A DNA stretch of 64,000 nt from Minisyncoccota bacterium (GTDB lineage: Bacteria > Patescibacteriota > Minisyncoccia > Phycocordibacterales > UBA9973). The notes beneath the pieces are model-generated. The model ran no database searches. It was not told where the DNA came from and saw nothing but the letters and a program-made list of their open reading frames with translations. The stretch spans positions 4,350 through 68,349 of the forward strand of contig JBAYHJ010000004.1 of NCBI GenBank assembly GCA_041666225.1. Reading direction: 5' to 3'. The position numbers were made by a program, and so were the translations under genes. Numbering within the stretch: the first letter of the stretch is position 1; each line of letters opens with the position of its first letter. This document shows, piece after piece, positions 30,393 through 39,052 of this stretch.

Positions 30393-31154
30393 TTACAAAT
30401 TTTGATTAATCAAAATTCCTTCAAGAATTTCTAATTCCGCTTTTGAATTTGGTTGGAAAATTTCCATCATATTTTTAAGAGGAATACCTTCAACCTTCTT
30501 TCCCTCTTTAAATGCAAGTTTTATTAAATCCGGTAAATAATACTCTCCGGCAGCATTATCATTTTTAATTTTATTTAAATTCTCCCATAACCAAACAGAA
30601 TCAAAAGCATAAATAGCGGGATTAATTTCTTTTATTTCTCTTTGCTCATCTGTCGCATCTTTATATTCTATAACTTCAGAAACCTCACCTTTTTCATTTC
30701 GCATAATTCTCCCTAGGAAAAATGCTCCTTGTCTCCATTCTTTAAAATCTGGTAAGACAACAGTTCCCATTGTTATCATAGCTCCGCTTTTTTTATGAGC
30801 CTCTACAATACTTTCAATCGTATCCCTTGAAATGAGAGGTTGGTCATTTGATAAAACTAAAACAGTATCATGATCTGGATGAACATTACTTTTTGCAGAT
30901 AGCACCGCATGCCCAGTTCCTAATTGTTCTTTCTGATGAGCATAATTTCTATTTTCACCAAAAACCTCAAAAATCCTTTCTTTCTTATGACCGACGACGA
31001 TTACTGGTTCAATTGGTAAATTCAAATGTGAAACTGTATCTAAAATATGTTGCAAAAATGGCTTCCCACGTAGCATTGCAAGAGCTTTGGGATCATCCGA
31101 TTCCATTCTCTTTCCTTTCCCTGCTGCCAAAATAATTATTTGTGTATTTTTCAT
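30393..31154 (-). CDS. glmU: GlmU N-terminal uridyltransferase domain only
   Basis: [10 protein letters not shown]...[25 protein letters not shown]; no hexapeptide acetyltransferase domain. Confidence 0.85.
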   Translation of the reverse strand: MKNTQIIILAAGKGKRMESDDPKALAMLRGKPFLQHILDTVSHLNLPIEPVIVVGHKKERIFEVFGENRNYAHQKEQLGTGHAVLSAKSNVHPDHDTVLVLSNDQPLISRDTIESIVEAHKKSGAMITMGTVVLPDFKEWRQGAFFLGRIMRNEKGEVSEVIEYKDATDEQREIKEINPAIYAFDSVWLWENLNKIKNDNAAGEYYLPDLIKLAFKEGKKVEGIPLKNMMEIFQPNSKAELEILEGILINQNL

Positions 31155-31155
31155 G

Positions 31156-31228
31156 TGCGCGATACAGGAGTCGAACCTGTGACATCGTCAACGTCAATGA
31201 CGCGCTCTACCAACTGAGCTAACCGCGC
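31156..31228 (-). tRNA. tRNA-Val(GAC)
   Basis: GCGCGGTTAGCTCAGTTGGTAGAGC...CGTCA-TTGACGT-TGACG...GGTTCGACTCC...CGCGCA; CCA not encoded. Confidence 0.96.
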
Positions 31229-31280
31229 AAAACTTTTCATATTTAAAAAATAAATTCCACCTTTTTTATCCCGTTCAAGG

Positions 31281-31367
31281 CGGAAGCGGTGAGATTCGAA
31301 CTCACGATACGGTTTCCCGCATGTCACTTTTCGAAAGTGATGCCTTCAACCTCTCAGCCACGCTTCC
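31281..31367 (-). tRNA. tRNA-Ser(CGA)
   Basis: GGAAGCGTGGCTGAG...TCACT-TTCGAAA-AGTGA, long variable arm, GTTCGAATC, CGCTTCCG. Confidence 0.96.
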
Positions 31368-31412
31368 CTATAAACACCACAACAGTATACAAAAATAAGG
31401 CTTAAAAATCAA

Positions 31413-32042
31413 TTATACCTTTAAAACCTCCTTATTTAACATATGCCCATTATTATCTAAATCATAAAATATTACATCTCCAAAATCCATCTCTAAACCA
31501 GAAACACCTTCATCGGAAATATTTTCTATATATTTAATAATTGATCGCAAAGAATTGCCGTGTGCTACTATTAAAACATCTTTCTCTTCTTTTAAAATTG
31601 GCAAAATTTTATTTAAGAAAAATGGAACAGACCTCTCATATACCATCTTCAAACTTTCTCCATTTGTAATTGGTGTATCCCACCCACGTCTCAATTTAAC
31701 AAATTCATCATGGCCCAATTCTTTTTCTATCTCCCATTTATTTTTACCAGTATAGTCTCCATAATCGCGTTCATTTATTTCTTTTGCAACTTCAATAGGT
31801 ATATTATTATTTACATTTCTAACAGAAAGTATTTGTTCCAATGTTTCTCGTGTCCTTTTTAGAGTTGAAATAAAAACATAATCAAAATGAAAATCTTTTA
31901 TTTTTTCTCCTATCTCTTTAGCCTTTTTAAAACCATCTGCCGACAAACTAATATCAGTAAAACCTGTCCATTTACCTAGTTTATTCCATTCTGATTCCTG
32001 ATGCCTAATTAATACAAGTTTACCCATTTTTTGTGTTTCCAT
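31413..32042 (-). CDS. gpmA: 2,3-BPG-dependent phosphoglycerate mutase
   Basis: LIRH.ESEWN, ERDYG, GESLK, AHGNSLRS. Confidence 0.93.
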   Translation of the reverse strand: METQKMGKLVLIRHQESEWNKLGKWTGFTDISLSADGFKKAKEIGEKIKDFHFDYVFISTLKRTRETLEQILSVRNVNNNIPIEVAKEINERDYGDYTGKNKWEIEKELGHDEFVKLRRGWDTPITNGESLKMVYERSVPFFLNKILPILKEEKDVLIVAHGNSLRSIIKYIENISDEGVSGLEMDFGDVIFYDLDNNGHMLNKEVLKV

Positions 32043-32130
32043 CTATTAATTATATCAAAAATCTAATTTAATTGAAATTATATTATAAGATTATAAAGAG
32101 TTTTTCGCTGAATTATGATAAAATAGCTAT

Positions 32131-32967
32131 ATGAAAATAAATTATGGTGTAAAAATTTCTCCTCCAACTATAGAAATAGCCAGAGCTTTTGGCTCAAATG
32201 AAGAACCAGTTCCACTCAAAGGTGGTCAAAATACTTCATATGTCGCTGGGAACATTGTTTTGAAACCAGCTGGAGGAAAAAGTGGCACCGAGTGGAGAGC
32301 CCAAGTTTTTAGTAGTTTACCAGAAAGTAGAGAAGTGCGTTTTCATAGACCCATAAAATCAATTCATGGCGATTGGGCATATGAGGGCTATGTAGCTTGG
32401 GCTTTTTTGAAAGGAGAACATGTGAAAGGACAATACGATAAAAAATTAAAAGCTAGTCGTGCATTTCATGAGCTATTAAAGGGAGTTCCCCAACCTGAAG
32501 GTTTAAAAACCCCAAAAGGTCCATGGTCTACTGGTAATTGGGTTGCACTCGGTCAAAAAGAATTTAATTACGATAAGGAATTTATGGATTTATATAACCA
32601 AATTAAACCGCATTTAAAACCTTTGCCAGAAGATAGACAACTAGTTCATGGTGATATGTTTCAAAATTTTATTTTAGACGAAATTTTACCCCCAGCTCTG
32701 ATAGATTTTTCTGGTGTTTGGGCACCGAATGGTTTTGCCGAAGGTATTATGCTTGCTGATGCCATAAATTGGGGAAACGCTACTCCAGAAGAATTAGAAG
32801 TATTTAAACAAGTTCCCAACATTGAACAAATGGCATGGAGGGGTGCCCTAACTAGAATTAGTGAGCAAGCGGAACATATTAAATTCTTTGGGAAAGAAAA
32901 AGCTGATGCTGTACAAGAGGCTAGAAATTTACAAAAGGTATTTGACTATTTGAATCAAAATTTTTAA
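32131..32967 (+). CDS. APH/choline-kinase-like phosphotransferase (cassette gene)
   Basis: PLKGGQ..YVAG..VLKP, QLVHGD, ALIDFS. Confidence 0.75.
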   Translation: MKINYGVKISPPTIEIARAFGSNEEPVPLKGGQNTSYVAGNIVLKPAGGKSGTEWRAQVFSSLPESREVRFHRPIKSIHGDWAYEGYVAWAFLKGEHVKGQYDKKLKASRAFHELLKGVPQPEGLKTPKGPWSTGNWVALGQKEFNYDKEFMDLYNQIKPHLKPLPEDRQLVHGDMFQNFILDEILPPALIDFSGVWAPNGFAEGIMLADAINWGNATPEELEVFKQVPNIEQMAWRGALTRISEQAEHIKFFGKEKADAVQEARNLQKVFDYLNQNF

Positions 32968-32986
32968 AGATTTAATTCACTAAAAT

Positions 32987-33043
32987 CTGTGACCCTTTGT
33001 AGTTCAAATTGGAATCAGACTGTTGAAAATATAAGGGGATTTA
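32987..33043 (+). repeat. Cassette-boundary repeat R1 (tRNA-Glu array)
   Basis: First 33 nt identical to 34232-34264, 52/57 overall; contains tgtgaccct matching the tRNA-Glu 3' end. Confidence 0.9.
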
Positions 33044-33073
33044 GTAAATTAACAATGGAAACTAATTAATATA

Positions 33074-33628
33074 TTATTTATCTTTCTGAAAATTAATCAT
33101 ATCTGTGTTAGAAAATATTCTAGACACTGAAGATTCTTTTATCATTCCAAGAGAAGGATTCATTCCAAATCCTATGTATTCAATTTTTTTATTTTTATAT
33201 TTAATAACATATTTAATTGCTGGAATAAGATCAGTATCTGAACTAATTACGATTGCTGTATCATATAAATTATCTACAGCCCCTATTACTAAATCTACTG
33301 ATAATTTTACATCTACCCCCTTCTCTCTTATTTTACCATCATCATACATGATCTTACCTGGTTTTACACCAAAACCTTCTGCTCTTAAACTTTCCAAAAA
33401 CTTCTGTTGACTTTTCACCATTTTTTCACCTTTTTCTGTATTATCTACATCTCTGACTATTCCAACATAATATCTTTTTGAGAATAACTTTCTATCTCCA
33501 ACTAAATGATCAATAAAATTAGAGTAATTTACTCTTTTTGATTGTTGCGGTATTCCTATGCTTTTTAAGCTTCTATATAGATTGCCTCCATCTATGTATA
33601 TTGCAACTGTTTCTATTTTATTATTCAT
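33074..33628 (-). CDS. NYN domain (LabA/DUF88, PIN-like) protein
   Basis: YIDGGNLY, EKGVDVKL, SSDTDL. Confidence 0.92.
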   Translation of the reverse strand: MNNKIETVAIYIDGGNLYRSLKSIGIPQQSKRVNYSNFIDHLVGDRKLFSKRYYVGIVRDVDNTEKGEKMVKSQQKFLESLRAEGFGVKPGKIMYDDGKIREKGVDVKLSVDLVIGAVDNLYDTAIVISSDTDLIPAIKYVIKYKNKKIEYIGFGMNPSLGMIKESSVSRIFSNTDMINFQKDK

Positions 33629-33661
33629 ACAATTATAATTTTAACATATTTTAAACATAAC

Positions 33662-33739
33662 AAAAACCACCTCTGCCCGTGAGGACAGAGGTGGTGCTGT
33701 TAGTACTCGCATTATATACTAATATAGTAAATTGATCAA
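33662..33739 (-). promoter_or_regulatory. Predicted sigma70 promoter plus short terminated hairpin RNA upstream of the NYN gene
   Basis: TTGATC(33739-33734)-17 bp-TATAAT(33716-33711); 13-bp stem 33666-33695 followed by a U-tract. Confidence 0.6.
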
Positions 33740-33778
33740 TATGACTGTGGATAACTATAATTTAATCCATATTGAATA

Positions 33779-33816
33779 AAATTGGAATCAAATTATAGAA
33801 AATATAAGGGTATTTA
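33779..33816 (+). repeat. Cassette-boundary repeat R2 (5'-truncated)
   Basis: 36/38 identical to the corresponding part of R3. Confidence 0.85.
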
Positions 33817-33896
33817 CTTCCCTATCTTGCCAAAATGAATGATTTATTGTATTATAAATAAAATTGAAAATGTTATGAACCTTAAACTTTACTGTC

Positions 33897-34121
33897 ATGA
33901 AAACAAAAAAGATTTTTGAGATAAGCTTTACTATTGCAATTATTTTCTTTATAGGAATCATCGCAAGTAGCTTTCTCTCTAAACACAATGTAAGCACCGG
34001 GATTATCAACATCAAAACTGTTTGGTCAATTTGCATTTATGCATGGGGGTCATCTTTTGCTGTTGCAATAATTTTTGGCATTAAAACCTTTTTGGACAAA
34101 AAGTTTCCCCGGGTGAGTTAG
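33897..34121 (+). CDS. Small 2-TM hypothetical protein (cassette gene)
   Basis: Two hydrophobic helices; followed by hairpin aaaccctgc-gaaa-gcggggttt. Confidence 0.6.
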   Translation: MKTKKIFEISFTIAIIFFIGIIASSFLSKHNVSTGIINIKTVWSICIYAWGSSFAVAIIFGIKTFLDKKFPRVS

Positions 34122-34231
34122 CCAATAATGATACTCACAAAAAATAAACCCTGCGAAAGCGGGGTTTAAATTTGCTCTAAATTATATTTTAGAATCAAAA
34201 CAAACCTTATTATATAAGGATATAAATTACG

Positions 34232-34288
34232 CTGTGACCCTTTGTAGTTCAAATTGGAATCAGATTATAGATAATATAAGGGTATTTA
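34232..34288 (+). repeat. Cassette-boundary repeat R3
   Basis: ctgtgaccctttgtagttcaaattggaatcagattatagataatataagggtattta. Confidence 0.9.
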
Positions 34289-34297
34289 AGGAACTAA

Positions 34298-35259
34298 TTA
34301 ATATTTAACATTAAGATACTCTTGCATTTTACTGGCTTTAAATTTAATAAAAGCAACATTTTCACTAATTTTATCTGCTACACCAGATACAAATTGTCCA
34401 AAATTTCTCCTTTCTTCTTCGTTCTTTATTTTTGATGTTAAATTACGAAGAGAGGTTTCTATTTGACTCAATTTTGAAGCATCTTGTAGTAATACTTCTA
34501 AATCATCTCCTAATCCATTTTTTGTAAAATTTTCAACTGAATTTACTATTTTAGATAATTTTGATTTTAAATCATCCATATCTGAATAATCATTTAAATC
34601 ATTAGCAATTATTCCAAAACTAAAAGAATCTTGATTTTTTGCCATTCCTCGTAATACAAAAGACAATCCTTCTAATTCATCTTTAATAAATTTTTGCTCA
34701 AGAATATTTTTTCAGTATTCTCACTTTTATTAACTTCTTGTTTTTTAATTTCGAAATTTAATTTATTTTCTAAATCTTTTTGTATTAACAAAAGATTACC
34801 TAAATTTTCTTTTTTATCAAGAAGAGATGGAATATCTTCTGAAGATGGCATTCCTAGTTTTAAACGCAATTCATTTAGCTTGTTGGTAGTACTTACAATA
34901 TCATTTTTTGTTTTTTCTATCTCGCCATCAATTTTTTCTTTTTCTGTTTTCATTTTCTCAAAGTCAGAAATATCACCGATTTTAGGAGAAGTAAGATTTT
35001 CTTTTGAGGTTGCAAACTTTTTATATTCATCAATTGTTTCTATTTTATCGTCCACTTTTTTACTTTCTAGAAGATTTGCACTAAAATTATCAGCAAAGCG
35101 ATATCCATATTTATCTGTATCACCTCTATCTTTATATTCTTTATCTTGATCAGGAATAGTATCATATTCTTTCTGAAGTTCATCTTGGCGTTTGATGGCC
35201 TCTTGTCTTTCAAGAGAAAGGTTTCTTTCTTGATTTGGTTGGGAAAATGTTTCATTCAT
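34298..35259 (-). pseudogene. Coiled-coil hypothetical gene split by a 1-nt frameshift (ORFs 34672-35259 and 34298-34666)
   Basis: Adding one A to the A6 run at 34707-34712 joins the ORFs: ...NTEKNILEQKFIKDELEGLSFVLRG... Confidence 0.65.
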
Positions 35260-35347
35260 ATGATATTTATTATATCAGATTCCAAATCATAAAAATATCC
35301 TATTGGGTCTTTAGAAATAACCTATACGAAATAAGTGTTTTAAATGA

Positions 35348-35577
35348 TGTGACCCTACCGGGAACGTGATTACACTTATCTCCCTCGACTAAAACTTTTT
35401 CGTCAAAAAGTTTTGTCTGGGCACCAGTTCATCCATTTTTCTTGCTAGAAAAATATGATTCCGCTGTTCGATTCCCGGACGCAAATAAAGCAGTTTATTT
35501 GCTTAGGGTCACAAATGCTAAAAAAGCCTTATTTTATAAGGCTTTTTTAGCATTTGTGACCCTACCGGGAATCGAAC
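35348..35577. repeat. Direct and inverted duplications of the tRNA-Glu 3' half (att-like structured element)
   Basis: Direct copy tgtgaccctaccgggaa 35348-35364; inverted copy 35466-35532 forms a perfect 29-bp stem with 35536-35564. Confidence 0.9.
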
Positions 35578-35628
35578 CCGGATTACCGGCTTGAAAAGCC
35601 GATGTCCTAACCGTTAGACGATAAGGCC
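35557..35628 (-). tRNA. tRNA-Glu(TTC)
   Basis: GGCCTTATCGTCTAACGGTTAGGAC...TCGGC-TTTTCAA-GCCGG...GGTTCGATTCCCGGTAGGGTCA; CCA not encoded. Confidence 0.96.
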
Positions 35629-35632
35629 GATG

Positions 35633-35736
35633 TAATTACTAATGAATAATTACTAATTAATAATTGTAATCCGAAGATAACCAATGTTTATGAGTTCTAA
35701 ATAATTAGTAATCAGTAACTGGTAATCATTAATTAC
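35633..35736. repeat. Two degenerate TAATTAC-type heptamer tracts
   Basis: taattac taatgaa taattac taattaa taattgt; taattag taatcag taactgg taatcat taattac. Confidence 0.65.
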
Positions 35737-35823
35737 TTGTGAGTATAGCATTTTTGTTGGAAAAATCAAATATTTTATTCAATAAAGAGCTTAAAACATA
35801 AGCATATTTTGTTAAATTCTAAC

Positions 35824-35852
35824 TTGACAAATGACCCTTATGGTGATATAAT
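35824..35852 (+). promoter_or_regulatory. Consensus sigma70 promoter
   Basis: TTGACA-17 bp-TATAAT with extended TG, upstream of the 35998 operon. Confidence 0.8.
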
Positions 35853-35997
35853 ACTATTAAATAGGTAGATTTTTGACAAAATGTTGTTACTTACATTGAT
35901 TTGATTATTTTGCGCGTTAAACCTTCTTCTCCCTCCAAGCCCTTAGCGACTAAAATAATCAAATCAAATAAATTAAACAACTAAAAAATCAAACAAA

Positions 35998-37086
35998 ATG
36001 AAAACACTATTAATTTTGAGTCTTAGTACTGGAATGGTATGGGGATTAACAATTGGAATAATTATTTCAATCCTGGTATTGTTTTTGTTGTTAATATATT
36101 ATGTATTAGCACCAAACAATATTTTCTTTACTTTTGGTAGAGAAAATCGTGTTATGTATACAATGCGAGGAAAGGAATTCTCTGGAAAGGTAATACTTCC
36201 GTCAAAAACTCTTTATGTTAATACGGAGGATAATTACGCAATCAAAAAAATTGCAGACCTCACAAATCCAAAAGAATCCGATAAGTATAAACCTTTTGGT
36301 ATACTTGGAATGCATTGGGTTGGAATTTATCCATTCTATAAGATTTATGAACGTCGCCAGCAATGGCTTGAATGGAAATCACTAGAAGGAGGAAAGAGAA
36401 AGATAATACTTCGAGATGAAATGTCTCCATTTTTAATCGCTAAACCATTCGAATACGCAATGATGACGGATGAAGCTGAAGATGAACATGGGATGCCATT
36501 AAATGTATTTTTCACTGTAACTCTTGTGCCAACAAATGCCCTATCTCCTATGTTTGGAAATGATAATGCTTACGGACAAGTGCAAACAAAATGCATATCC
36601 CAGGTTTTGCTTTTCACAAAGAAAAAAACCTTTTCAACCTTAGGGGGAGATAACAAAACTTCCAACGTTACAAATGATGAGTTTTCGGTACTGTTGCGTA
36701 GTCTTAATGAAACAATTCCTGGTAATAATATTGGGGATGGAATTAAGAAAATTCTCGGTTATGAAATTATAGATGCTATGTTAAATAATGTCGTAATCGG
36801 TGGTGAAAATGCAAAAGAACTTCTTGATGCTTCAACTTTGGAATATATTGCTATTGAAAAAAAGAAAGCAAAAATAGCTGATGCCGAGGGTGATTTACAG
36901 GCAACATTATTAAATGTTCAAGGACAAGAAGCTAAGTTTAAAATTCAAACGGATTTTTATAAAAACTTATCTAATGTTCCAGGAGCTATGGATGTTGAAA
37001 AAAGGAAAGCTACGCCAGGCCTTACTACTTTAGTAGAAGGTGATGGGGATAAAAAAACAAGCTTAATTATAGGAGGAAACAAATAG
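35998..37086 (+). CDS. Membrane-anchored hypothetical protein, possibly SPFH/Band-7-like
   Basis: N-terminal TM; G.HWVGIYPF; C-terminal A.I..AEG..QA coiled segment. Confidence 0.55.
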   Translation: MKTLLILSLSTGMVWGLTIGIIISILVLFLLLIYYVLAPNNIFFTFGRENRVMYTMRGKEFSGKVILPSKTLYVNTEDNYAIKKIADLTNPKESDKYKPFGILGMHWVGIYPFYKIYERRQQWLEWKSLEGGKRKIILRDEMSPFLIAKPFEYAMMTDEAEDEHGMPLNVFFTVTLVPTNALSPMFGNDNAYGQVQTKCISQVLLFTKKKTFSTLGGDNKTSNVTNDEFSVLLRSLNETIPGNNIGDGIKKILGYEIIDAMLNNVVIGGENAKELLDASTLEYIAIEKKKAKIADAEGDLQATLLNVQGQEAKFKIQTDFYKNLSNVPGAMDVEKRKATPGLTTLVEGDGDKKTSLIIGGNK

Positions 37087-37724
37087 TGGGGAATTTTTTA
37101 ATTGGATTATCGATACCAATAGGTATTTTAATTCTGTTGATTCTGGTGATATTTTTGATAATCAAATTTTCCCAAAGAAAATCAACTTCTAAACTTCAAA
37201 AAGATCAAGGATCATCTACTCAAAGTGAACCAGCCAGTGGGAACACAAATCCCCCGTCAGCTGATCATGGTCATGATACTCCTAAAAAGAAGTCAAAATT
37301 TTGGAGTAGCCTAGGTGCAATTGCTGGTGTTATAGCTCTCATTGTTTTTGTACTTTGGGCTGTCAGTTTTGGGATAAAGACAGTAAAATACCTTAGTGAC
37401 TTTTTTACCCTTGAAGAAAATAAAGTTCATCCAAAAAGCCTTCCTGAAAAATCACTTCCTGATTCAATAATAACACTCAAAGATACAATCATTGAGTATT
37501 ATCATTTGAGTAAAGGTTCACAAAAAGTGATTTATACTCGACCGGGTTACAATTATATCCGGCACAGTGGGGGCTGGAAATATTATTGTAAGACACAAAA
37601 TGAACCTTATTTCACCATCCACGGAGGCAATCCACCCATAGCTGATGATGTTGGAATAAAATATTTTTATGTTAAATTCTACGAAGTAGAATGTGACATA
37701 AAAATAATATTTGTAAAAATATAA
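37086..37724 (+). CDS. Hypothetical 2-TM protein
   Basis: GTG start overlapping the upstream stop; two TM segments; terminator-like hairpin at ~37746-37771. Confidence 0.6.
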   Translation: MGNFLIGLSIPIGILILLILVIFLIIKFSQRKSTSKLQKDQGSSTQSEPASGNTNPPSADHGHDTPKKKSKFWSSLGAIAGVIALIVFVLWAVSFGIKTVKYLSDFFTLEENKVHPKSLPEKSLPDSIITLKDTIIEYYHLSKGSQKVIYTRPGYNYIRHSGGWKYYCKTQNEPYFTIHGGNPPIADDVGIKYFYVKFYEVECDIKIIFVKI

Positions 37725-37795
37725 TTTGTACATTTTAAAAAACAAAAAAACGTCCTCAAAAAGGACGTTTTTCTTTTTCATAATTTTATTTCAAA

Positions 37796-38122
37796 TTATT
37801 GTGTCATATTTCCAACATTGTAGTTCCCTGTATCGTTTACATTAATTTTTTCTTCTCCAACGGTATTCAGGATCAAACTCATGATGCCAAAGACTGAAAT
37901 CATTATAAACATTCCTATTACTCCCCAAAGCATATGGTCCTTACTGGTCTTTCGTATCTCTTCATTATCAGGTGATAATAAATACTTTAGAAGTCCATAG
38001 AGAAAATAAACCACCGCAAGCGCAAACAATAATACAATGAGAGGGTTTATAATAACCCTATCTATACTTTTCATTAAAGTAGTGATACTTGCTTCAGCTA
38101 TTGGTATAATCTGGAACATCAT
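37796..38122 (-). CDS. TrbC/VirB2-like pilin
   Basis: Two TM hairpin with K..M.WGVIGMFIM.SVFGI motif. Confidence 0.7.
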   Translation of the reverse strand: MMFQIIPIAEASITTLMKSIDRVIINPLIVLLFALAVVYFLYGLLKYLLSPDNEEIRKTSKDHMLWGVIGMFIMISVFGIMSLILNTVGEEKINVNDTGNYNVGNMTQ

Positions 38123-38131
38123 AAATAATTA

Positions 38132-38506
38132 TTAACAAGTAATACCTGCATTTGGGTTAGGAATACAAGGAATATCCCTTGGATCTAATTGTTCAGGTCC
38201 AACTCCAAATGTACTTGTAATAAGTGATAAAATACCCCAGAAAGCAACTATGATAAACAAGCCGATAAGACCTTGGATGATTTTACCACGAGCACCCTTC
38301 TTTGCTTCTTCATCTGTTGAAACAGTATATTGAATAACTCCCCAAATAAAGTAAACAACAGCAAGAGTTATAAGTACTGGAATAACATAAGCCAATAATT
38401 GAGCAATATCTCTAAAAATAGTAAAAGCATTTACATCATCTGCTGCTAAAACCAACATAGGAGAAACAACTCCCAAAACTGCCCCAACCGAAATAATTTT
38501 TTTCAT
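38132..38506 (-). CDS. TrbC/VirB2-like pilin
   Basis: Signal peptide, IPVLITLAVVYFIWGVIQY, GLIGLFII..WGI. Confidence 0.72.
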   Translation of the reverse strand: MKKIISVGAVLGVVSPMLVLAADDVNAFTIFRDIAQLLAYVIPVLITLAVVYFIWGVIQYTVSTDEEAKKGARGKIIQGLIGLFIIVAFWGILSLITSTFGVGPEQLDPRDIPCIPNPNAGITC

Positions 38507-38614
38507 ATAATTTATTTTTAATAATAAAAACAATTCTTATAATATCGTCTTTTTTACCGACCAAAGTGAAAAAGACACTTACCTTTACAAACCTTATTAT
38601 ATCATACAATAATC

Positions 38615-39046
38615 TTATTGTGGAAGCTGTGGAATTGTATTTGTAAGGCCAAATGTTCCAGTAAGAATAGCTACCAATCCCCACATTGAAAGCATTACAA
38701 ATAAAGCGATCAATCCACCAATAATAAAACTCTTGCCCTTCTTTCTTTTCTCTTCATTGTCAGGATTCAAATAAAACTGAATAACTCCCCAGATAAATGC
38801 AGCAGTCGCAAGTGCAAATAAAAATGGCACTACTGTTTTAAGTAAAAAACAACTCGCCCAGTTCACAACACCTGTGATATCTTTCAAACTATTACCAGCA
38901 CAAACACTTTGTGTGGTAGTTGTAGTTGGAGCTGCATTTGCAACACTTGGCACTATCCCCATGGAAGTTATCATCAGCACTCCTACGATAATAAAACTAC
39001 TAAATAAAACTAATTTTTTCATACGTTTTTTCTTAATATTAAACAT
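38615..39046 (-). CDS. TrbC/VirB2-like pilin
   Basis: Signal peptide, FIWGVIQF, KGKSFIIGGLIALFVMLSMWG. Confidence 0.72.
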   Translation of the reverse strand: MFNIKKKRMKKLVLFSSFIIVGVLMITSMGIVPSVANAAPTTTTTQSVCAGNSLKDITGVVNWASCFLLKTVVPFLFALATAAFIWGVIQFYLNPDNEEKRKKGKSFIIGGLIALFVMLSMWGLVAILTGTFGLTNTIPQLPQ

Positions 39047-39052
39047 AATATT

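Noticed and set aside
32987-34288. CRISPR array interpretation of repeats R1-R3
   Set aside because: Spacers are 400-750 bp and contain whole genes; no cas genes in the window.
32131-35628. Classical integron or prophage
   Set aside because: No IntI or other integrase and no phage genes in the window; cassettes are in mixed orientation and no clear attC RYYYAAC/GTTRRRY boxes were seen.
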